Shown here in pieces: positions 28,543 to 35,818 of a stretch of 36,443 nucleotides of DNA. The notes beneath the pieces were generated by a model. It was not told the DNA's origin, did not search any database, and saw nothing but the letters and a program-made list of their open reading frames with translations. This stretch comes from a virus (taxonomy: Duplodnaviria; Caudoviricetes), in IMG/VR virus record IMGVR_UViG_3300030372_000414, positions 1 to 36,443 of that record. The stretch is one strand, 5' to 3'. Positions within the stretch are counted from its first letter, which is position 1. The number at the start of each line of letters is the position of its first letter. The position numbers and the translations under genes were made by a program.

Positions 28543-28771
28543 TTGACATTTAGCTGTATATACTGTAGGGGAGCTTAAGGGCTGCCACAGGCTCACACAC
28601 TTGTCAACTCTTGACACACAAGTTTTCATATGGTAGGCCAGCGGAGCCCTTAGCATACTTTGGTGTCCGTGTCAAGTTGACAACTCCAGTAAACTATGGT
28701 AGGCCTGAGGATCCTCTAGCATAATTTAGTTGCAATGTCAAGTTGACAAATGGACCGGGGTATGCTAGAGG
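28543..28771. repeat. Periodic array of seven alternating TTGACA-N12-TRTGS-TA promoter-like motifs
   Basis: Plus-strand TTGACA at 28543, 28611, 28677, 28743; minus-strand TTGACA starting 28607, 28675, 28741; period 66-68 bp. Confidence 0.9.
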
Positions 28772-28883
28772 GTACCGGGGGAGGGCTAGCGGTGGCGTAA
28801 AGTTTGTGGTTACTGTACACATACAAAATAGGGTAAAATTAGGAATAAATGCAGCCTCTAGTATTCCTTAGATTCCTCAAGTA

Positions 28884-28896
28884 AATCAAAGCCTTA
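28884..28896 (+). promoter_or_regulatory. IHF consensus site
   Basis: AATCAA-AGCC-TTA matches WATCAANNNNTTR. Confidence 0.5.
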
Positions 28897-28936
28897 CAAA
28901 AAACACACAAAACTAGTAATTAACACTACAAAAGGG

Positions 28937-28965
28937 TTGACATTTGCTTAAAAATATGCTATACT
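28937..28965 (+). promoter_or_regulatory. Sigma70 promoter for packaging operon
   Basis: TTGACA-N17-TATACT with extended -10 TG. Confidence 0.85.
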
Positions 28966-29002
28966 AAAAAAGTATTCTTTAGGGGTTAAAGGTAAATACA
29001 AA

Positions 29003-29401
29003 ATGGAAATAAAACGGAAGAGAGGTAGACCTAGAAAATCTGACATAGCAGAAAAAACCACAGGTAACAGAAGATCCGTTGGCAGACCTAAGGGTGATGC
29101 TAGTATCATAAACGAATACAAAGCTAGAATGTTAGCTTCCCCTAAATCTAAAAAAGTATTAGATAGTATATTCAATGCAGCTTTAGATGATGACCATAAG
29201 AATCAAGCAGCAGCATGGAAGCTCGTAATGGATAGAATGCTTCCACTTAGTTATTTTGAAAAGGAAGCCACAGGTGGCCGTCAGTCTGTACAAATCACTA
29301 TATCAGGAGTTAATGGAGTTAATACCACCATCGGCCCACAGGATACTAACGACTCTACCATGCCAGCTATTGAAGGAGAATACAGCGAAAGTGACGTATA
29401 A
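29003..29401 (+). CDS. Putative terminase small subunit with AT-hook-like motifs
   Basis: KRKRGRPRK and VGRPKG; helical core; first gene of arm, upstream of TerL. Confidence 0.65.
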   Translation: MEIKRKRGRPRKSDIAEKTTGNRRSVGRPKGDASIINEYKARMLASPKSKKVLDSIFNAALDDDHKNQAAAWKLVMDRMLPLSYFEKEATGGRQSVQITISGVNGVNTTIGPQDTNDSTMPAIEGEYSESDV

Positions 29402-29738
29402 GTATTTTAAAGTAGAGGACTTTGCTTGTTCTGAGACAGGTGAGAATGAAATACAGGATGTGTTTGTAAAAAAGCTGGATGAGCTTAGAGAAGCCTGTGG
29501 TTTTCCTTTCATAGTCACAAGTGGCTACAGATCACCTAATCACCCTATAGAAGCCAAAAAGTCTAGTCCGGGTCTTCATGCACAAGGTATAGCAGCTGAC
29601 ATAGCTGTCAATGGTGGTGTACAGCGTAGAAAGATTGTACATTCAGCAATCATATTAGGATTCAAAGGAATAGGTGTAGCTAAGTCTTTTGTCCATGTGG
29701 ACACTAGAGAAAGCACGCCAGTTATGTGGACATACTAA
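29391..29738 (+). CDS. Endolysin, peptidase M15A family
   Basis: YFKVEDFAC, TSGYRS, HAQGIAADI, FVHVDTR; GTG 29391 with AAGGAG SD preferred over 29256. Confidence 0.88.
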   Translation: MTYKYFKVEDFACSETGENEIQDVFVKKLDELREACGFPFIVTSGYRSPNHPIEAKKSSPGLHAQGIAADIAVNGGVQRRKIVHSAIILGFKGIGVAKSFVHVDTRESTPVMWTY

Positions 29739-29830
29739 TGGAACCTGAAGAAAACAAAGAACCAGTAGAAAACGAAGAACACGAAGACTGTGGCACAGAA
29801 GGGTGCTGTGGTGAGTGTGTAGATGACTGA
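29738..29830 (+). CDS. 30-aa acidic Cys-rich peptide (not in track)
   Basis: MEPEENKEPVENEEHEDCGTEGCCGECVDD; TAATG coupling; fills gap to TerL. Confidence 0.6.
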   Translation: MEPEENKEPVENEEHEDCGTEGCCGECVDD

Positions 29831-31076
29831 TCTTAATATACAACTGTTGCCGTGGCAGCAGGACGTATGGAATGATAAGACTAGGTTTAAGATAGTTGCA
29901 GCTGGTAGACGTACAGGTAAATCAAGACTTGCAGCATGGATGTTGATTATCAACGCTTTAGAGTCGGAACGAGGACACGTCTTCTACGTTGCGCCCACAC
30001 AGGGACAAGCAAGAGACATTATGTGGCAGACACTTTTAGAGCTAGGCCACCCTGTGATAACGAGCAGCCACATAAACAACTTACAAATAAAACTAATCAA
30101 CGGAGCCACCATATCTCTAAAAGGGTCTGATAGACCTGAAACAATGAGGGGTGTGTCGTTGAAGTTTTTGGTGATGGACGAGTACGCAGACATGAAGCCT
30201 GAGGTATTCGAGCAGATTCTCAGGCCAGCCCTAGCTGACCAAAAGGGTACAGCGTTATTCATCGGTACACCTATGGGTAGAAACCACTTCTACGAGTTGT
30301 ACAAGTATGCGGAGCTAGATGATGATCCTACTTATAAATCATGGCACTTTACTAGCTATGACAATCCTCTGCTAGACCCTGAAGAGATAGACGTAGCTAA
30401 AAAGTCAATGTCCAGCTACGCTTTCCGACAGGAGTTCATGGCCTCCTTTGAAGCCAGAGGATCAGAAATGTTTAAGGAGGAGTGGGTGCAGTTCACTGAG
30501 TCTCCTGAAGAGGGTGACTACTACGTATCCATTGACTTAGCTGGCTTTGAGGAAGTAAACAAAAAGAAAACCAAAAACTCTAAACTTGACGAAACGGCAA
30601 TAGCGGTAGTCAAAGTATGCCAATCAGGACAGTGGCACGTAGAGAATATAATACATGGCAGGTGGGAGCTAGCTGAGACTGCCAGAAAGATCTTTGAGGT
30701 TGTGCGAGACTACAGGCCTATAGCTACCGGGATAGAGAAAGGTATCGCTAGACAGGCTGTAGTGTCTCCTTTGACTGACTTGATGAAACGCTATGGAATG
30801 TTCTTTAGGATAGACGAGCTAACCCATGGAAACAAAAAGAAAACAGACCGTGTGATGTGGGCATTGCAGGGTAGATTTGAGAATGGTTTCATAACTTTAA
30901 ACAAAGGTAACTGGAACAGTAGATTCCTAGATCAGTTATTTCAGTTCCCTGATCCACTGACCCACGATGACTTGGTGGATGCCCTAGCCTACACAGATCA
31001 GCTGGCTAAGGTGGCTTACAGCTATGACTTTGAAGTAGATGACCATGAAGTTTTGGACGCAGTAACAGGGTATTAA
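29823..31076 (+). CDS. terL: Terminase large subunit
   Basis: AAGRRTGKS Walker A, VAPT, MRG, VMDE Walker B, IGTP, SIDLA, HDDLVDALAY. Confidence 0.95.
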   Translation: MTDLNIQLLPWQQDVWNDKTRFKIVAAGRRTGKSRLAAWMLIINALESERGHVFYVAPTQGQARDIMWQTLLELGHPVITSSHINNLQIKLINGATISLKGSDRPETMRGVSLKFLVMDEYADMKPEVFEQILRPALADQKGTALFIGTPMGRNHFYELYKYAELDDDPTYKSWHFTSYDNPLLDPEEIDVAKKSMSSYAFRQEFMASFEARGSEMFKEEWVQFTESPEEGDYYVSIDLAGFEEVNKKKTKNSKLDETAIAVVKVCQSGQWHVENIIHGRWELAETARKIFEVVRDYRPIATGIEKGIARQAVVSPLTDLMKRYGMFFRIDELTHGNKKKTDRVMWALQGRFENGFITLNKGNWNSRFLDQLFQFPDPLTHDDLVDALAYTDQLAKVAYSYDFEVDDHEVLDAVTGY

Positions 31077-31077
31077 T

Positions 31078-31260
31078 ATGGCAGTAAAGAAAAAATCTAG
31101 GGTAAACGAAGCTGGTAATTACACTAAGCCGGGAATGCGTAAAAGAATGTTTGAATCAATCAAAGCAAGCAGTAAAGGCGGTAAGCCGGGGCAGTGGTCA
31201 GCTAGAAAGGCTCAGATGCTAGCTAAAAGATACAAAGCTGGAGGAGGAGGATACAAGTAA
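31078..31260 (+). CDS. Small basic protein (DUF5872-like N-terminal half)
   Basis: YTKP..RKR..IKA.SKGGKPGQWSARKAQMLA..YK..GGGY; family recalled, unverified. Confidence 0.75.
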   Translation: MAVKKKSRVNEAGNYTKPGMRKRMFESIKASSKGGKPGQWSARKAQMLAKRYKAGGGGYK

Positions 31261-31376
31261 TGCCGGGATCAAAGTACAGTCCTAAGCAAAAGAAACTAGC
31301 TAGAGTTGCAGCACCAAGAAATAAAATTACTGGTGCAGACTTTAGAAAACTTCAAAAAAATAAAAAGAGAAAGTAA
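31260..31376 (+). CDS. 38-aa basic peptide (not in track)
   Basis: MPGSKYSPKQKKLARVAAPRNKITGADFRKLQKNKKRK; TAATG coupling at both ends. Confidence 0.7.
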   Translation: MPGSKYSPKQKKLARVAAPRNKITGADFRKLQKNKKRK

Positions 31377-31555
31377 TGGCTAAAGGTGTAAAACATTATA
31401 CTAAGGACGGTACACCGCATAAAGGTGGTTCTCACAAAATGGCTGACGGTACTTTGCACAGTGGAGCAAAGCATACTAAAAGCAGTCAGAAACTTTTTCA
31501 CTATGGAGCACTGTCTAAGGCTGCACAAGCTAAGGCACGTAAGACATGGCGTTAA
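31376..31555 (+). CDS. 59-aa His/Lys-rich protein (not in track)
   Basis: MAKGVKHYTKDGTPHKGGSHKMADGTLHSGAKHTKSSQKLFH...; TAATG coupling. Confidence 0.7.
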   Translation: MAKGVKHYTKDGTPHKGGSHKMADGTLHSGAKHTKSSQKLFHYGALSKAAQAKARKTWR

Positions 31556-31812
31556 AAAAGTCTCAACGGTCTTTAAAAAACTGGACAAAGCAGAAGTGGC
31601 GTACCAAATCAGGTAAGCCTAGTGCTAAAACAGGTGAGCGTTATCTTCCTTCGGCAGCAATAAAAGCGTTGTCTCCACAGGAATATGCAGCTACGACTAG
31701 AAAAAAACGTAAAGACACGGCAGCAGGTAAGCAACATAGTAAGCAACCTAAGAAAATTGCAAAGAAAACTAGAAGTTATCGCCGTGGAACCACAGGAAGG
31801 TACAAAAAATGA
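31546..31812 (+). CDS. Small basic protein (DUF5872-like C-terminal half)
   Basis: SLKNWTKQKWRTK..RYLP..AIKALS; family recalled, unverified. Confidence 0.75.
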   Translation: MALKKSQRSLKNWTKQKWRTKSGKPSAKTGERYLPSAAIKALSPQEYAATTRKKRKDTAAGKQHSKQPKKIAKKTRSYRRGTTGRYKK

Positions 31813-33788
31813 TGCAATATGGCGATAACGACACCTTAGACAGCGAACAAAGCCTTGAAAACTGGGTAATGTACAAGTGTGACACTTGGAGAAACCACTT
31901 TGAGGCTAATTATCAGGAAAAATTCAACGAATACTACCGTTTGTGGCGAGGTATTTGGAGTCCTGCTGACTCTGAGCGCAAAAGTGAGCGTTCTAGGATC
32001 ATCAGCCCTGCCTTACAGCAAGCAGTAGAGTCCAGTGTAGCAGAAATCGAGGAAGCTACCTTCGGAAGAGGTAGATACTTTGACATCTCCGACGATATGG
32101 ACGACCCTGAGAGCCGTGACATTGCGTATTTACGCACAAAACTACATACAGACCTTGACAAAGCAAAGATACGTCAAAGCGTAGGAGAATGTCTTATAAA
32201 CTCCGCTGTATTCGGCACAGGAGTAGGTGAAATCGTTTTGGAGGAAGTCAAAGAGATGGCTCCTGCCACTCAGCCCATCATGGGTGGTGAGTTGACAGCA
32301 GTAGGTGTAAATGTGCAAGAGCGCACAATGGTCAAACTGCGACCCATCCTTCCTCAAAACTTTTTGATAGACCCTGTGGCTACCAATGTAGATGAAGCCT
32401 TGGGTGTAGCTATCGACGAGTTTGTATCACGACACCTTGTAGAACAACTACAGGAGCAGGGTGTATACAAGCAGGTTTTCGTAGGCAGTGCAGCTTCAGA
32501 CTCAGACCTAGAGCCTGATTATGACTTGACCTCCTACGAGACTGACAAAGTACGGCTTACAAAGTACTATGGGCTAGTCCCTAGAAGTCTTCTTGACTCT
32601 AGTGTAAAAGCATTAGAGCAAGATGAAGATGAGGATATAGCTGAAGTAGAACAGCCTGAAGAGCAGGAAGATAACAACGAAGAGTCCCACTATGTAGAAG
32701 CTATTGTTGTTATTGCTAACGGCACAATACTTTTGAAGGCTGAAGAAAACCCCTACATGATGAATGATCGTCCTGTAGTGGCATTCCCTTGGGACGTAGT
32801 ACCGGGACGTTTCTGGGGCCGTGGAGTGTGCGAGAAGGGCTATAACAGTCAGAAGGCACTGGATACAGAGCTAAGGGCTAGAATCGATGCTCTGAGCCTT
32901 ACAGTGCATCCTATGATGGCTATGGACGCTAGTAGACTACCCAGAGGTGCTAGACCTGAAGTCAGACCCGGAAAGATAATATTAACCAATGGTGATCCTA
33001 GACAAGTTTTACAACCTTTTAATTTTGGTCAAGTCAGCCAGATTACATTTGAACAGGCCAACGCCCTACAGCGTATGGTGCAAATGTCTACAGGGGCTAT
33101 CGACTCTGCTGGTATACCGGGGTCTATTAACGGCGAAGCTACTGCTGCTGGTATCAGTATGTCTCTTGGGGCTATTATTAAGCGTCACAAGCGCACACTG
33201 ATAAACTTCCAAGATTGTTTCCTGATACCCTTTGTAAAGAAAGCTGCGTGTAGATATATGCAGTTTGATCCTGAAAGCTATCCTGTTAAGGACTTTAAGT
33301 TCAACGCTACGTCTAGCCTAGGCATCATTGCTAGAGAGTACGAAGTAACACAGCTTGTACAGCTTCTACAAACGATGTCACAGGACTCACCTTTGTACAG
33401 CACACTGATTGAGTCGATCATAGACAACATGAACTTGGCTAACAGAGAAGAGCTAGCTGCAAGACTACAGGAAGCAGCACAGCAATCTCAACCTACTCCA
33501 GAACAACAAGAAATGGCTATGGCTGCACAACAAGCACAGCTACAGTTCCAGCAATCGCAGACCCAAGCATTGCAGGGACAAGCTGCTGAATCTCAGGCTA
33601 GAGCACAGAAGATTGTTGTAGAGACTCAGATAGCACCTCAAGAGCTTGAGATAGACAGAATAAAAGCTGTAACTACAAACTTACAGAAAGGTGATCAGGA
33701 CGATAAAGAATTTGAACGTAGGCTGAAGATTGCACAGACTATGCTCAAAGAAAAGGAACTAGACCTAAAGGCTAACAACCAAGGATAA
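31809..33788 (+). CDS. Portal protein (P22-like, C-terminal Q-rich coiled coil)
   Basis: 659 aa after TerL; FGTGVG, NFLIDP, NPY...PGRFWGRGV, TAAGISM. Confidence 0.9.
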   Translation: MMQYGDNDTLDSEQSLENWVMYKCDTWRNHFEANYQEKFNEYYRLWRGIWSPADSERKSERSRIISPALQQAVESSVAEIEEATFGRGRYFDISDDMDDPESRDIAYLRTKLHTDLDKAKIRQSVGECLINSAVFGTGVGEIVLEEVKEMAPATQPIMGGELTAVGVNVQERTMVKLRPILPQNFLIDPVATNVDEALGVAIDEFVSRHLVEQLQEQGVYKQVFVGSAASDSDLEPDYDLTSYETDKVRLTKYYGLVPRSLLDSSVKALEQDEDEDIAEVEQPEEQEDNNEESHYVEAIVVIANGTILLKAEENPYMMNDRPVVAFPWDVVPGRFWGRGVCEKGYNSQKALDTELRARIDALSLTVHPMMAMDASRLPRGARPEVRPGKIILTNGDPRQVLQPFNFGQVSQITFEQANALQRMVQMSTGAIDSAGIPGSINGEATAAGISMSLGAIIKRHKRTLINFQDCFLIPFVKKAACRYMQFDPESYPVKDFKFNATSSLGIIAREYEVTQLVQLLQTMSQDSPLYSTLIESIIDNMNLANREELAARLQEAAQQSQPTPEQQEMAMAAQQAQLQFQQSQTQALQGQAAESQARAQKIVVETQIAPQELEIDRIKAVTTNLQKGDQDDKEFERRLKIAQTMLKEKELDLKANNQG

Positions 33789-33791
33789 TCT

Positions 33792-33932
33792 ATGGTAGTC
33801 ACAAGAACAGAACTTCAAGAAGTAGTCGAACAAGTAAACAGAAAGTTTGAAGAGCTTGAAAATAGAATCAAAGAGCTAGAAGCAGCTGAAAAAAAGAAAC
33901 CAGCTAAGAAAACTACATCCAAGGCAGCATAA
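33792..33932 (+). CDS. 46-aa coiled-coil peptide with Lys-rich tail (not in track)
   Basis: MVVTRTELQEVVEQVNRKFEELENRIKELEAAEKKKPAKKTTSKAA; AAGGA SD; TAATG coupling. Confidence 0.7.
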   Translation: MVVTRTELQEVVEQVNRKFEELENRIKELEAAEKKKPAKKTTSKAA

Positions 33933-34237
33933 TGACAGAAAGAGCAGGAACTAGAGCAAGAGCTATAAAACGCACTACAGGCAAAGGCGGTAACTATCGT
34001 CCTACTAAGTCTGGTGCAGGGATGACTGAGAAAGGTGTAAAAGCCTACAGAGCAGCCAATCCCGGCTCTAAGCTTAAAACTGCTGTTACTGGGAAAGTAA
34101 AAGCCGGTAGTAAAGCTGCTAAAAGACGTAAATCATACTGTGCTAGATCTCTAGGACAGTTAAAGAGAAGTTCTGCTAAAACACGGAACGATCCGAATTC
34201 TAGGATTAGGCAAGCTAGAAGACGGTGGAAATGTTAA
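33932..34237 (+). CDS. Basic protein (DUF6321-like)
   Basis: GMTEKGVKAYRAANPGSKLKTAVT...RRKSYCARS...DPNSRIRQARRRWKC; family recalled, unverified. Confidence 0.75.
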   Translation: MTERAGTRARAIKRTTGKGGNYRPTKSGAGMTEKGVKAYRAANPGSKLKTAVTGKVKAGSKAAKRRKSYCARSLGQLKRSSAKTRNDPNSRIRQARRRWKC

Positions 34238-34255
34238 CTGCCTAAGGAGAAAATT

Positions 34256-34363
34256 ATGCCCGGAGGAAAAGGAACTTACGGAACTAAAAGAGGAAGACCC
34301 CCAATGAACGGCAAAAAGAAAAAGAAGCCAATGGGAGGTAAAAGAAGAGGTATGGGATACTAG
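34256..34363 (+). CDS. 35-aa AT-hook-like basic peptide (not in track)
   Basis: MPGGKGTYGTKRGRPPMNGKKKKKPMGGKRRGMGY; SD AAGGAG. Confidence 0.7.
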   Translation: MPGGKGTYGTKRGRPPMNGKKKKKPMGGKRRGMGY

Positions 34364-34370
34364 AAAAAGC

Positions 34371-34399
34371 TTGACTTTTACTTAAAAGTATGCTATACT
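34371..34399 (+). promoter_or_regulatory. Sigma70 promoter for scaffold/capsid operon
   Basis: TTGACT-N17-TATACT with extended -10 TG; near-copy of the 28937 promoter. Confidence 0.85.
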
Positions 34400-34435
34400 A
34401 AAAATTGTATCTTAGACACTAAGGGAATACAAAAG

Positions 34436-34720
34436 ATGACTAAAGAACTAGAGGAATACTTTGCTAACTACAACGAATTGTTTAACTCTGTTGGTTGGAA
34501 ACAATTACTAGGGGATCTACAACAAAACGTAGCGCAAATAAACTCAGTCGAAGCGACAACAGACGTAGAGAATCTACACTTCCGTAAAGGACAACTGGCG
34601 ATTCTTGCAACTCTGTTTAACTTACCAGCTCAAATGGAAAATGCTGAAAAAGACGCACAGGAATCTGATGAGGAAGAAAAAGCTGAGGCAGAAGCAGCGA
34701 CCTCTTCCCAAGAAATCTGA
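34436..34720 (+). CDS. Hypothetical head-module protein
   Basis: LFNSVGWKQL...LHFRKGQL motif; between portal and scaffold. Confidence 0.7.
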   Translation: MTKELEEYFANYNELFNSVGWKQLLGDLQQNVAQINSVEATTDVENLHFRKGQLAILATLFNLPAQMENAEKDAQESDEEEKAEAEAATSSQEI

Positions 34721-34950
34721 TGCTGAAACTGTATGATTTCAAGTGTCTTGACGGACACGTTTTTGAGCAACTAGTAGACGAAAACAAGCGCACTGTTAGG
34801 TGTAATAAATGCGGTTATAGTGCTACTAGGATTATCTCACCTGTTAGGTCTTCTTTAGATCCTATCAGTGGTCACTTTCCCGATGCTACACGGCGTTGGG
34901 CTAGGGCTAGAGATAGTCACATAAAATACGAAAGAAAGCAAAGTTCATAG
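34720..34950 (+). CDS. FmdB-like zinc-ribbon protein
   Basis: LYDFKC..GHVFE...CNKCG..ATRIIS. Confidence 0.75.
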   Translation: MLKLYDFKCLDGHVFEQLVDENKRTVRCNKCGYSATRIISPVRSSLDPISGHFPDATRRWARARDSHIKYERKQSS

Positions 34951-34998
34951 CTAGAACCCTTTCTACTTTCTCCACAATACTATAGGGTACGGAGTTTA

Positions 34999-35796
34999 AT
35001 GATGGCTAAAATATTAGAGCGTGAGGATGCTGCATCGCCAGTTCAGGAACAGGAAGAAGCACCGCAGCAAGATCAACTTTTCGATACGGAACAGGAAGAA
35101 CCAGAGGCAACTCCTGAGGAACCTCAACTACCTGACAAGTATCAAAACAAATCTGTTCAGGATTTAGTACAAATGCACCAAGAGGCTGAAAAGCTTCTGG
35201 GCAGACAAAGTTCTGAAGTAGGTGAGCTTAGAAAAGTTGTAGACAACTACATCCAAACACAACTCACACCAAACGAACCTGAACAAACAGTCCAAGAAGA
35301 AGTAGATTTCTTTACGGAACCAGACAAAGCTATAGATCAACGGATTGCAAATCATCCTAAGATCAAAGAAGCTGAAACGCTGAGTGCTCAGTACAAACAA
35401 GCTACGGCTTTAAACGTGCTGAAAACAAAGCATCCAGATATGGAAACTATACTAAAAGATAGTAAGTTTGCAGAATGGATACAGGCTTCTCCAGTTAGGA
35501 CAAAGTTGTTTGTAGCTGCTGACCAACAGTACGACCATGAGTCTGCTGACGAGCTTTTCACTTTGTGGAAGGAACGCCAACAGATAGTAACGCAAACTGC
35601 TGAAGCTGAAAAACAAAGTAGGAAACAAACAGCTAGAGCAGCTAGTACTGGTGGTGCAAGCGGTAGCACTGAAAGGTCTCCAAAGAAAATCTACCGAAGG
35701 GCAGACATTATTAAACTTATGAAAACTGACCCTGATAGATATGCTTCGCTTTCTGATGAAATACTCAGGGCTTATGCAGAGAACAGGGTCAAATAA
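34999..35796 (+). CDS. Capsid scaffolding protein
   Basis: Acidic N-terminus, LPDKYQNKS...MHQEAEK, helical, C-terminal AYAENRVK; immediately before capsid gene. Confidence 0.85.
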   Translation: MMAKILEREDAASPVQEQEEAPQQDQLFDTEQEEPEATPEEPQLPDKYQNKSVQDLVQMHQEAEKLLGRQSSEVGELRKVVDNYIQTQLTPNEPEQTVQEEVDFFTEPDKAIDQRIANHPKIKEAETLSAQYKQATALNVLKTKHPDMETILKDSKFAEWIQASPVRTKLFVAADQQYDHESADELFTLWKERQQIVTQTAEAEKQSRKQTARAASTGGASGSTERSPKKIYRRADIIKLMKTDPDRYASLSDEILRAYAENRVK

Positions 35797-35818
35797 TTAT
35801 CCATTAAGGGGAAATTAG

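Noticed and set aside
28468-28656. 62-aa minus ORF across the array
   Set aside because: No SD; overlaps regulatory motifs; likely spurious
28543-28771. CRISPR-like mini-array
   Set aside because: Conserved parts are short bipartite boxes in alternating orientation with 12-bp variable gaps, not 23-47 bp direct repeats with ~30-bp spacers; no cas operon
16577-31076. Inteins or introns in nrdA, nrdB, polymerase, helicase or TerL
   Set aside because: All ORFs are continuous and of compact size, with no splicing motifs seen
31425-31616. Track ORF MVLTKW...
   Set aside because: Alternative frame 31376-31555 is TAATG-coupled and matches the composition of its neighbours
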